In this document: piece after piece, positions 11,201 through 23,830 of the stretch
Layout of the letters: each line of letters starts with the position of its first letter
Position numbering within the stretch: position 1 is the first letter of the stretch
NCBI GenBank assembly: GCA_043228905.1
Contig: JBHGNT010000006.1
Location: 11,284,001-11,348,000, forward strand
Length of the DNA stretch: 64,000 nucleotides
Direction of reading: 5' to 3'
Source: Azolla caroliniana
Taxonomy: Eukaryota > Plantae > Polypodiophyta
The notes under the pieces: generated by a model
Told to the model about the DNA's origin: nothing
Database searches by the model: none
Seen by the model: the letters and a program-made list of their open reading frames with translations, nothing else
Position numbers and translations under genes: made by a program

Positions 11201-14200
11201 GCGGCCGAAATTGGGAGTTGTTGTTGTAGGTCAGACCTCGTCCGCCGTGTCCTTGGCCGAATTGGCCTTTCGCTCGTCTGCGTCCTCTTCCTCCGTTCGA
11301 GTGCGTGTAGAGCATGTGACCTTCCGATTCATTGCTCCTTGTACACATGTGGTTTTCTTCGACTAGTAGCATTGATTGGAGCTCGAAGAAGGAGGGAGAT
11401 TTCTCCCTTGCTACAACGGCAGTTCGCATTGCGCCGAACCGTGGTGCGAGGCCGCCGAGGCATATTTGCACCATCTCATCATGATCGATATTTACGCTTA
11501 TCGAGCCGAGCGAGTCGCAAAACTCCTTGATCTTCAAGGTGTATGTCCTGATGGACATATCCCTTTGTTGAATGTTGTTCAACTCTTGGCGGAGTTGAAG
11601 ACTTCTTGCGGTTATGTTAGCCGTGAAAATCTTTCGTAGATTTTCCCATGCCTCCTTCGGCGTCTTGGCTTCACGAATGTAGCCGAGCATGTGATCGTGA
11701 ACACATGTCGCCAAGCAATACATCACACGGCTTGCAGCTTGCTCCCATGCCGCATATTTGGGAGCCGTTTCGACGGGTCGGTCTTCGTGCGCTCCTTTGA
11801 TGTAGCTCCAATAGCCTTGTCCGACAAGGTATTGCTTGCCGAATTGGCATGCTTCGCATACACCTTTAATCTCCTTCTCTTTGAATGTCAGGAGTCCGAT
11901 GATGACTCCTTTCGATTTCATTGCTTTGAGTTTGTTGAGATTGATGTGGCCGATTCGCTTGTGCCATAGCTGTATGTCGGAGTTGGCTTTCGTGTCTTTT
12001 GCGAACATGGCGGATTTCATCTCGTGTGAATTGAGAATGAACATACGACCCTCTCTTCTTCCGCGCGTGATGATTCAGCCCTCTTTTTTGATGAAGCACC
12101 CTTTTTGGTCGAATCATACTTGCATCCCTTGCTCAACCATTTGGCCGACCGAGACCAAATTCTTCGTGATGGTGGGAACATGCAAGACATTTTTAATGTA
12201 TGTTTGCTTACCTCTTTCGCTGAACGGAACATTGCCGATGTGCCGAATCGGGTGCGTAGTGTCATCTCTGGTTTCGACATAACCGGGTCGCTCCGGTTCT
12301 CGAAGTTCGAGAAACCATTCTTGATCAGATGTCATATGGTTTGAGGCTCCGGACTCAACAAACCATACGTCCTCCGGATTGAGGGCACTAGTTGAGGTAG
12401 AGGCCAACATAGAGTTTGCTTTATGTTTCATCATGAACATTCTGCCACGGTCGGAGTTGTGTGCATACATTCCACCACGATCTTCGTAGTCGGAGTTGTG
12501 CCCGTACATTCCTCTATACTCTTCGTAGTCGGAATTGTGCACGTAATTCGTGAGTTGTCGGCTTGTGGAAGCCGATTCGCGCATCTCCTTTCGGCACTCT
12601 TCTTCGTGGTGGCCGAGCTTTCCGCAATATGCACATTCGGTTGCATTTTGATAGCTCGGGCCGGAGTGGAGGCTCCCCCTTCTTGCGAAGGTTCCTCGTT
12701 GGCCTCCGTTTTGCGGCCGAACTTGGGAGTTGTTGTCATAGGTCGGACCTTGTCCGCCTTGTCCTTGGCCGAATCGGCCTCTCGCTCGTCCGTGTCCTCT
12801 TCCTCCGTTCAAGTGCGTGTAGAGCATGTGGCCTTCCGACTCCTTGCTCCTTGTACGCACGTGGTTTTCTTTGACCAATAGCATTGATTGGAGCTCGAAA
12901 AAGGAGGGAGATTTCTCCATTGCTTGAATGGCGGTTCGCATTGCGCTGAACCATGGTGCGAGGCCGCTGAGGCATATTTGGACCAACTCATCATCATCGA
13001 TATTTACTCTTATCGAGCCGAGCGAGTCACAAAGTTCCTTGATCTTCAAGGTGTATGTCATGATGGACATGTCCCTTTGTTGAATGTTGTTCAACTCTTG
13101 GCGGAGTTGAAGCCTTCTTGTGGTTGTGTTCGCCGCGAAAATATTTCGTAGATTTTGCCATGCCTTCTTCAGCATCTTGGCCTCGTGAATGTACTCGAGC
13201 ATGTGATCGTGAACACATGTCGCCAAGCAATACATCACGCGGCTTGCGGTTTGCTCCCATGTTGCTTATCCGGGAGCCACTTCGACGGGTCGGTCTTCGT
13301 GCGCTCCTTTGATGTAGCTCCAATAGCCTTGTCCGACAAGGTATTGGTGCATCTTGTATTCCCAAGATGCGAAGTTGTTTCGATCCAACTTCTCGGTAGG
13401 GGGAGCGCTCCCCTTTTGAGTATTCATTATGTCAATTCTTCTTTTTCTTCTTCTTCTCTCTTCGAATGCTAGCTATGTAGCGAAGCTACGATAGCGATGA
13501 GCCGGTTCTTGGTCGTCGGCGTAGGACACAACGCACGCGGATGGGCTGGATCGAGCTACCAACCTCACTCTGATACCATTAAAAGAATAAAGAGATGGAT
13601 TCTGTGCAGCGGAATAGATATGAACTCTGTGTGTGTCTGAGAGAGAGAGAGAGAGAGAGACAAGGAGTAAGACACAGAGAATACGCAAGGTAAAGTATAT
13701 TAACAAAGGAGAAAGGTGGGAGGAGGGTGCTTTATATAGTCACCCTCTCTCTTTATTCACTACAAGACTCATGGAGCATGGGGAATGTGCAAGCTCATAA
13801 GTTATGTGTCATAGAATATGATTCTATGACTCATACTTGTAAAGAATCAAGAGATGGATTCTTGTGAAGCAGAATAGGTGTGAACTGTGTGTGTGTGTGT
13901 GTGTATGTGTATGAGATAGAGAGAGAGAGAGACACAGAGTATACACAAGGTTAAGTATATTAGCAAAGGAGAAACACTCAACATTATACAAGGTGGGAGG
14001 AGGGTGCTTTATGTAGTCACCCTCTCTCTTCATTAACTAAAAGACTCATGGAGCATGGAGAATGTGAAAGCTCATAAGTTATGTGTCATAGAATATGATT
14101 CTATGAGTCATACTAAATGCTAGAATACAAAGTGGTGACTTAATGGTGACTCTTGACCGTTGGAGTGTCTATTCACTCTCAAGGTGAGTTCACACACTAG

Positions 14201-16263
14201 ACCAAGTTGAGCTTGATTCTCAACACGCCCCCTCAAGCTCAGGTCGGGTCGGTTTCAAACGGTATCCGAAGTCCTCTTCGACTTGCGTTCCGTAGTCCGC
14301 GTTGACTCGTGTCAACTTGCTTTATGCGGAGTTGTGGAATCCGTGCTCCGGCTTGCGTTTTCCTTCGCGACTTTGCGTGATTGCGTAATCCACGCGTTTT
14401 TGCGTAGTGTGCGCGGCTTGTGGAATCCACACGTTATTGCGTAATCTGTTCAGTACTCCCCCTCAAGCTTGGCAGGTCAGGGATCGTCAATCCGAGATCG
14501 GTCATGAATTGCCACAACTTGTCGGCTCCTAAGGCTTTAGTGAAGATGTCGGTCGTTTGAAGATTTGTGCTAATATGTTGTAGGTCGACATCGCCAGCTA
14601 AAACACGCTCTCGGATGAAATGATAGTGCACTTTGATGTGCTTTGTCCGCGCGTGGAACACCGAGTTCCGAGCCAAATAGATAATGCTCATGTTGTCACA
14701 GTAAAGGGAAGTTGGATACTTAATGGGTACGCCCAGATCCTTCAAAATCCTCTTGAGCCATACGGCTTCACATGCAGCTACGGTTGTGCCCTTGTATTCT
14801 GCCTCCGTACTCTAAAGAGTGACGGTAGGCTGCTTCTTGCTACTCTAGGATATTGCTCCGCTGCCAAGGGAGACAACAAATCCGGAGGTTGATCTTCTAT
14901 CAGCTTTGTAACCGGCCCAATCGGCGTCTGTGTACCCCTCGAGTTGAATTGGCATCGCGGTCTTGTAGAGGATGCCGCAATCCATTGTGCCGCTCACCTA
15001 GTGTAGAACTCGCTTAGCGCAATCCAAGTGAGTATCACGCGGTGTTTGCATGAATTGGCTAAGGAGACCGACCGGATAACTCAGATCGGGTCGTGTGATC
15101 GTGAGGTAGATAAGACTCCCGATGAGTTGCCGATACTGAGTCGGCTCACACGCTTTGGTGCCGGAGTTCGAATCTAGTTTGAGATTACGATCGAGCGGGG
15201 TTTCCACGGATTTGCACTCAGCCATCCCGAACTTGTATAGCAAGTTGAGGATGTAGTGTCGTTGAGAGATCATGATTCTAGCCGGAGTTCGAATTTCCTC
15301 GATGCCGAGGAAGTAGTGAAGCTCCTTCATGTCCATCATCTCGAACTTGTCGGAAAGGAGGGATTTGACCTTATTGATTTCAACGAGATGCTCACCTCCA
15401 ATGACTAGGTCATCCACATACAAGATGATGGCGATCGGACATGCGCAATCGCTTCGTATGTAGAGGGAGTTGTCCGATTTTGACATACGGAAGCCGATTT
15501 GATGAAGATATTGTGTTATCTTCGAATGCCAAGCACGCGATGCTTGCTTGAGGCCGTAGAGTGGTTTCTTGAGTCGGCAAACAACTTTCGGATGGGTGCT
15601 CGAGTTGAAGCCGGGTGGTTGGATCATGTACACCTCCTCTTTTAATTCACCTTGTAGAAAGGCGTTCTTGACATCCATTTGATGGAGGTGCCACCCTTTC
15701 GCCGCGGTATTCGCAATTACGGTCCGCACCGTCGTCATCTTTGCCACCGGGGCAAAGGTCTCTTCATAGTCAATGCCATGTGTCTGAGCATATCCTTTCG
15801 CTACGAGTCGAGCTTTGTAGCGGTTGACGGAACCGTCGGCGTTGTACTTCACTTTCTAGATCCATTTGCATCCGATCGCCTTTTTGTGCGGTGAGGTGGG
15901 AACGAGATCCAACGTCTTGTTCTTCCATAGTGCCTGCATCTCCTCGTTCATTGCTTCGATCCATCGCGGGTCCTTCGCGGCTTCCGAAAAGGTTTCCGGC
16001 TCCCGTACTATTGCTACCTTCATCATAAAGGCGTAATGGTACGCCATATAATTGTTGTAGCCGAATCGTCTTACGGGGTTCTTTTCACAAGTGGATCGGC
16101 ATAGCTTCTCGTTTGCAGAGATGAGAGCTTTCTTAGCTCCGATTGGTACCTCTAAACCGTCGAACTCACTGTCGAGTGGGTGAGTCGACTCATCTTCATC
16201 GACACGATCGTCTGTGTATTCCGCCATTTTCTCCTTGCCTTTGTCCATCATCGGGTTAGGCTG

Positions 16264-16981
16264 TCTTAATGGGAACTCAACGCTCCCTTTGCGCAACGCT
16301 CGGCCACAACCGAGCTTAGGATCATACACAAAAAACGAGAAACAAATGCACGACACAAAGGAGAGAAAAGGTAGACAGGATGTTTACGTGGAAACCCCAA
16401 ACTAAGGGAAAAACCACGGCAGCCCACAGGCTGCAAACTATCACTATATTGGAATGTACAAACAGTGAGTTCACGGAGGCAACGACATCGTGCTCACGAT
16501 CTTCGCCACAAGCGGCGGTTACAATAGAGGTAGCAACCTCTTTCTCTCTCTCTCTCTCTGTACACTGTTACACGCTCTAATCTCGTGCAAAACAGGAATG
16601 ACAACAACAGTTACTAAAAGTTTTGCCTAGGTCATATTTATACTAATATGACTTTTCGGCTATTTACAAATATAGCCTCGATGGACTCTCAGAAACATAT
16701 TTACGAATATGTCTCTTCATCCGGTTCTCACCGGGCCTGCACCATCCGGCTCTCCGTAGCCAGGTACTCCTCATCCGGTTCTCACTGGGCCTGCACCATC
16801 CGTCTCTCCGTAGCCGGGTACTCCTCATCTGGTTCTCACCGGGCCTGCACCATCCGGCTCTCCGTCGCCGGGTACTCCTCATCCGGTTCACATCGGGTCT
16901 GCACCATCCGACTCTCTGTAGCCGGGTACTCCTCATCTGGTTTCTTCTCCTTTCCCATCCGGAGGGACATGTCTCCCAACA
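16264..16981 (-). mobile_element. Solo LTR of copia family C (variant) with four 54-bp U3 repeats
   Basis: Collinear with the LTRs at 19188 and 23862 and ends CCCAACA. Imperfect TSD GGCTG/GGCCG. B3 pol resumes on both sides. Left boundary uncertain by about 2 bp. Confidence 0.85.
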
Positions 16982-19634
16982 GGCCGTGATGTGCTTTGAT
17001 CGCTCAAAGACTCTTGTGGTCCGCTCAGTCGGGTCGTGATCAGACTTTCTTCGAACATGCGCATAAGGTGATCTTTGTCCTCTATCTCTTGTTCGGTGGA
17101 TTCTGGGTCGAGCGGGGTCGGAGTCGAAGTTGTCTCTGGTGCGTACCAGGATGTGGACTCGTCAAAGACGACGTCTTGACTTACCCGAGATTTTCGAGTT
17201 GAGGGGTTGTAGCACTTGTACCGCTTTTGCTCCAGTGAGTATCCTACGAGGATAGATTTCTCCGACTTCGGGTCGAGCTTTTGACGCTTCTCATCGGGGA
17301 TGTGCACGTATGCAATGGAGCCGAATATCCGAACATGTAATAGGTTCGGCTTCTTTTCGAAGAATCTTTCGTGCGGAGTGACCTTGTGCACGCTGGATGT
17401 TGTGCACCAGTTCATTAGGTAGATGGCCGTATTTGCAACTTCGGCCCAATATGACTTGGGCATATGCTTCTCGTTCATCATGGCCCGCGCTACTTCGAGG
17501 ATGTGCTGATTTTTGCGCTCGTCTACTCTGTTTTGTTGCGGAGTGTGTCGGCAAGTGAATTCTCGCTGAATTCCTTCGTTTCGGAGATATGTCGTGAAAT
17601 CGTCCGAGAAGTACTCCTTGCCGCCATCTGATCGAAGGCATCGTACATGTCGGCCCATGGCTTTCTTGACTTCATTTTTGAAATTTTGGAACTGTCCGAA
17701 CACTTCGCTCTTTTGCCGCATCGGGTAGATCCAAGTATGCCTAGAAAAGTCGTCAATGAAGAGCACGTAATATCGGCATCCGCCGAATGTCGCCATTTGA
17801 GCCGGACCCCAGACATTGGAATGAATTACATCGAGTACGCCTTTGCTCACATTCCGCTCCTTCGGCTATGGGTGTCGGTGTTGCTTGCCGGATTGGCATG
17901 CTTCGCATACACCTTCAATCTCCTTCTCTTTGAATGTCGGGAGTCCGATGACGACTCCTTTCGATTTCATTGCTTTGAGTTTGTTGAGATTGATGTGGCC
18001 GATTCGCTTATGCCATAGCTCTATGTCGGAGTCGGCTTTCGTGCTTTTCGTGAACATGGCGGATTTCATCTTGTACGAATCGAGAATGAACATCCGGCCC
18101 TCTCTTCTACCGCGTGCGATGATTCGGCCTTCTTTTTCGATGAAGCACCCTTCTTGGTCGAATTGTACTTGCATCCCTTGCTCAACCATTTGGCCGACCG
18201 AGACCAAATTCTTTGTGATGGTGGGTACATGCAAGACCTTTTTAATGTATGTTTGCTTACCTCTTTCACCGAACGGAACATTGCCGATGTGCCGAATCGG
18301 GTGCGTATTGTCATCTCCGGTTTCGACATAACCGGGTCGCTCCGTGTCTCGAAGTTCGAGAAACCATTCTTTGTGGGATGTCATATGGTTTGAGGCTCCG
18401 TAGTCAACAAACCATACGTCCTCCGGATTGAGGGCACTAGTTGAGGTAGAGGACGACATAGACTTTGCTCTATGTTTCATCATGAACATTCCGCCACGGT
18501 CGGAGTTGTATGCGTACATTGCGCCACGATCCTTGTAGTCAGAGTTGTGCTTGTACATTCCAGTATACTCTTCATAGTCGGAATTGTGCGCGTAATTCGT
18601 GAGTTGTCGGCTTGTGGAAGCCGATTCACGCATCTTCTTCTGGCACTCTTCTTCGTTGTGGCCGAGCTTTCCTCAATATCCGCATTTAGTTGCATTTGAC
18701 GGCTCGGGCCTGAGTGGAAGCTCCCCCTTCTTGCGAAGGTTCCTCGTTGGCCTCCGTTTTGCGGCCAAAATTGGGAGTTGTTGTCGTAGGTCGGATCTCG
18801 TCCGCCTTGTCCTTGACCGAATCGGCCTCTCGCTCGTCCGCGTCCTCTTCCTCCATTAGAGTGCGTGTAGAGCATGTGGCCTTCTGACTCATTGCTCCCT
18901 GTACGCACGTAGTATTGATTGGAGCTCAAAAAAGGAGGGAGATTTCTCCCGTGCTAGAACGGCGGTTCGCATCGCGCCGAACCATGGTGTAGGCCGCCGA
19001 GGCATATTTGCACCATCTCATCATCATTTATACTTACGCTTTTTGAGCCGAGCGAGTTGCAAAGCTCCTTGATCTTCAAGGTGTATGTCGTGATGGACAT
19101 ATCCCTTTGTTGAATGTTGTTCAAGTCTTGGTGGAGTTGAAGCTTCGTCGCGGTCGTGTTGGCGGCGAAAATCTTTCGTAGATTTTCTATCGAGAACTGA
19201 AACGCTCCCTATACGCAACGCTCGGCCACAACCGAGCTTAGGATCATACACAGAAAACGGGAAAGAAAGAACGACACAATGGAAGAGAAGAGTACGCAGG
19301 ATGTTTAACGTGGAAAACCCCAAACTAGGGAAAAAACTACGGCAGCCCACAGGCTGCAAACTATCACTAGGTTAGTATGTACAGCAGTGAGTTCACTGAG
19401 GCAATGACCTCGTGCTCACAGATCTTCGCCACAAGCGGCGGTTACTACAGACGCAACGACCTCTTTCTCTCTCTCACTCTCTGTACAGTTACGCACTCTC
19501 TCTCTTTTCTTGCACCAACAAGAAACAACAACACACAAAAAGTTTGCCCTAAGTCATATTTATACTAATATGACTTTTCGGCTATTTACAAATATAGCCT
19601 CGATGGACTCTTAGAAACATATTTACAAATATGT

Positions 19635-19811
19635 CTCTTCATCCGGTTCATACTGGGTCTGCACCATCCGGATCTCCGTAGTCGGGTACTCCTCATCCGG
19701 TTCATACCGGGTGTGTACCATCCGGCTCTCCGTAGCCGGGTACTCCTCATCCGGTTCATACCGGGTCTGCACCATCCGGCTCTCCGTAGCCGGGTACTCC
19801 TCATACGGTTT
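19635..19811. repeat. 54-bp tandem repeat in family C LTR U3: 3 units here, 2 at 24309-24431, 4 at 16713-16943
   Basis: Unit CTCCTCATCCGGTTCATACCGGGTCTGCACCATCCGGCTCTCCGTAGCCGGGTA read directly from the sequence. Confidence 0.95.
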
Positions 19812-19892
19812 CAGCCTCGGCCGAGTTTGTTCATCAGCACTGTTCTTCTCCCTTCCCATCCGGAGGGACCTGTCTCCCAACAAATTCCCCCT

Positions 19893-22800
19893 TCACTCCG
19901 GCATGGGGTGTCTTCCCAGTCCGATCCTCTTCCGGCATGCGTCTAGCTTGTCGGGTGTCAGCACTTTGGTCAGCATATCTGATCCGTTCTCGTCCGTGTG
20001 GATCTTCGTCAGTGCGAACTCCTGGTCATCTACTCTTTCCCGGATCCAGTGATACCTCCGCTGGATATGCTTCATCCGGGAATGGTAGGCCGCATTCTTA
20101 GCAACGTGGATGGCACTTTGACTATCGCAATAGAGTCGGTATTCCTCTTGCCGAATACCGAGCTCTCCGATGAAGTCCTTCATTCATAATATTTCCTTGC
20201 CGGCTTCCACAGCCGCCATGTACTCCGCCTCTATGGTTGACAATGCAACCGTCTTCTGCAGCTTCGACTGCCACAAAACAGCTCCCCCTGCATATGTCAT
20301 TACATACCCAGATGTAGACCTGTTGGTATCCACATCAGCCGACATGTCCGAATTGGTGAAACCGTCCAGTTGAGGTTTTCCGGAGCCGAATCGGAGACAC
20401 ATATTTGAAGTGCCCTTCAAATACCGGAGTATCCATTTGACCACGTTCCAGTGCTCCTTGCCGGGATTGCTCATAAACTGGCTCACCACTCCGACTGCGT
20501 ATCCAATGTCCGGTCGGGTACAAACCATTGCGTACATCAAGCTCTCGACGGTAGAGGCATATGGAATCTTCATCATATTCACCTTCTCTGCTTTCATCTT
20601 CGGGCTTTGCTTACCGGATAGCTTGCAGTTTGCCAGAAGTGTCGATCCGACCAGTTTCGCATCTGACATGTTGAACCGGTGAAGCACCTTTGTCACGTAC
20701 TTCTACTGGGACAACCACAATTACTTCGCTAACCGGTCCCGAATGATGTGCATCCCCAGCATCTATCTTGCCAGACCCAAATCGTTCATTGAGAAGGTCC
20801 GGTTGAGAGCCTTCTTCAGCATCCGTATTTTGACTTTGTCCCATCCGACGATCAATATGTCATCCACGTACAGGAGTATTAGGAAGTCGCCTCCTTCGAA
20901 CTTCTTCACAAACACACAGTGATCGGCCTGTGTCTTGTGGTACCCTTGATCGGTCATGAAGGAGTCGAACTTCCGGTACCATTGCCGGGGGGCCTGCTTC
21001 AACCCGTAGAGGCTCTTCTTCAACCGGCAAACCAGGTGCTCCTTCCCTTTCTCCACGAATCCTTCCGGTTGCTGCATGTAGATCTCTTCTTCGAGGTCAC
21101 CGTGAAGGAATGTCTTCTTCACGTTTAGCTGCTCTACCTCGAGGTCCATGCTTGCTGTTATACACAACACCGTCCAGATGGAGGTCATCTTTACTACCAG
21201 GGCAAATATCTCGTCAAAGTCCACGCCCTTTTTCTGCTGGAACCCCTTCACCACGATCCTGGCTTTGTATCTCGGGGGGTTGCCGGCATCTCCTGGTTTC
21301 AACTTGTACACCCACTTGTTTTGCAGTGTCCGATTTCCTTTCGGCAACTCCACCAATTCGTACGTATGGTTCTCATGCAGGGAATCCATCTCATCCTGCA
21401 TGGCACTTAACCATTTTCGGCTGTGGGTGTCTTCCTTCGCTTCTTCGAAGCTTCCCGGCTCCCCCTCATCGATCAGCAGAACATGCTCTGCATTCGGAAA
21501 TATCCAGGGGGCCCTTCTCTCTCTGAGAGGATATCTCCGTCTCTGGGCTTCGGTGACCGACTCATCCATCTGCTCTTCATCCGAATCTGATTCGGGGTCT
21601 TGGCCGGTTCCGGTTTCAGCTTCCTCTACTTCTTCTTCAGCCTATTCGGTATCCTCACCGTAACCGGCTGGTCCCTCAAGTGCTAACCGGTCTCTTGCCA
21701 GTTGGGTCTGCTCATTGTAGAGTCGATCCTTACCGGTCGACTCGGAGTTCATTATCTTCTTCTCCGACTCCCAGTCGGCGAGTGTCTTGTCCTCCATGAA
21801 GATAATATCTCGACTCCGGAATACCTTCTTGTCGACTAGGTCCCACACTCGGTAGCCGAACTCATCCTCACCGTAACCGAGGAATATGCATGGCCGGGTC
21901 TTTGGATCTAACTTTCCTCTCCGGTCCTTAGCTACATGCATGTACGCGAGACACCCGAACACCTTCAGATGCCGGTAGGATACTTCCTTACCGGTCCACA
22001 CTCTCTGTGGCGTGTCTCCGTCCAAGGGTACTCAGGGTGATCTATTTATCACATATGTCGCCGTCGACAGTGCCTCGGCACGGTAAATTCGAGTCGGATT
22101 CCCTTCGAGCGGCAGTACTCCTCGAACTGCCCCCGGTACTCTCCTCCGTTATCTGCTCGAACCGCCTTCAGCTTCTGGCCAGTTTCTCTTTCCACTCTCG
22201 CGTGGAGCTCTTTGAAGACGGATAGCACCTGATCCTTCGTCTTCAACGGTGTGGCCCACAACTTCCGGCTGTGGTCAACTATGAACGTCACGAAGTACTG
22301 CGCTCCAGCATGTGACTTCGTGTCTACTTGACACACATCCGTATGCACCAACTCCAGTGGTGCATTACGTCTCATCGGTGGCCTTGGTCGGAAGGAGGTC
22401 CGGTTCTGCTTACCGGCCAGACAATCAGTGCACTTCTCTAAGTGCACGTTCTTCACTGGAATGAGGTTGTCGTCTGCAAGCCTCTTCATCCCCTTCTCAC
22501 TCATATGACATAGCCTCTTGTGCCACAGCTCACCGGCAGTGTCGGAAGCCACGTTCACTTCTTCCGGGCATAACCGGGCATTCATCAGGTACAATGTGTT
22601 TACCTTCCAGGCCCGAGCCACAATCAGGCTACCTTTGCTGAACTTCATGACACCGTTCCGAATGCTACCCGTGTAGCCCTCATCATCTAGCCGACCGGCT
22701 GATATCAGGTTCAGTCGAACCTCCGGAACATGTCGGACATCCTTCAGCAGCAACTTGCATCCGGTTGGTGTCGTCAGCCACACATCTCCTATGCCAACAA

Positions 22801-23830
22801 TTCGGCATGTACCTTCATTCCCCATCCGGACACAGCCGTGATCACCGGTTGAGTAGGATGAGAAGCATTTCCGGTCCGGGGTAAGGTGGAACGACACTCT
22901 GGATTCTACCACCCAGGTCATCTCGTCGCCGGTAAGGTTTATCACACGCTCCTCGGTGATGAGCATCAACTCTTCTTCACTTGCCGCGATTGCCGTCGTT
23001 CCCTTCCGGTCCGTTCCCCTCCGGTCTTTACCGTTTCGGTCCGGGGTCCGCTTCGAATCGGTACCGTCGGTTTCCTTGTCTTTACAGAAATGCCGACAGT
23101 TCTTTTGGAAGTGTCCCGGCTTGCCGCAATAGAAGCAAGTGGGCCTTCCCCTTGACTTTGACCATGTCCCTGACTTCTCCCGGTTCTGGGGACTACGGTT
23201 TTTATGTCTTCCGCGTTCTGATTCGGTAAGGATCGCTTTGGAGTCGGAGCTCGTATCTTTATCCTTCCGACGCACCTCCTCATCTAGCAAGCTCGACTTT
23301 ACTCTTGCTAGGGATAACCGCTTTCCTTCCGGGCCGGCGTTGCCCAAAGTGACAACCAACGTCTCCCAGCTATCCGGGAGGGAACCGAGCAGGAGTAACG
23401 CAAGTACCTCATCGGCGAGAGGTACTTCCAATGAAGTTGCCTGGTGGATCAGCCCCTAGAAGGCATTCATGTCCTCCGCCATGCTAGAGCCATATTGGTA
23501 CCGGAGTCTTACTAGCTTCCAGAATACCGACACCTGATTAACAACATTTTTGTTCTGAAACATTATGTCGATCTTCTCCCAGAGCTCATGAGCCTTGCTC
23601 TCTTCATTGAAGTTGTTGTACAGGCTCATGTCGATAAAGCACCATATGTACGCCGTTGTTTTCATGTGCATCACCTCCCATATCGCGGCGTCGATTTTGT
23701 CCGGTCTCTTGTCCCCGAACTGAACCAGCAGCCAGAGGTCTTTAACCACGAGCATGTCCCTCATCTTCGACTTCCATACTGAATAGTTGGAGCCGGTGAG
23801 CTTGAACATGCCGCCAAACGATTCGTCCAT
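19893..23830 (-). pseudogene. gag-pol of element C (disrupted)
   Basis: MDESFGGMFKLTGSNYSVWK gag start, CFYCGKPGHFQKNC knuckle, LWHKRLCH...CTDC integrase zinc finger, RT LLYVDD and RNase H. Stops, frameshifts and an integrase deletion near 22060. Confidence 0.92.

Noticed and set aside
16713-16943. Regular repeats resembling a CRISPR array
   Set aside because: They are head-to-tail 54-bp units with no unique spacers, lie inside an LTR in a eukaryotic context, and have no cas genes nearby.
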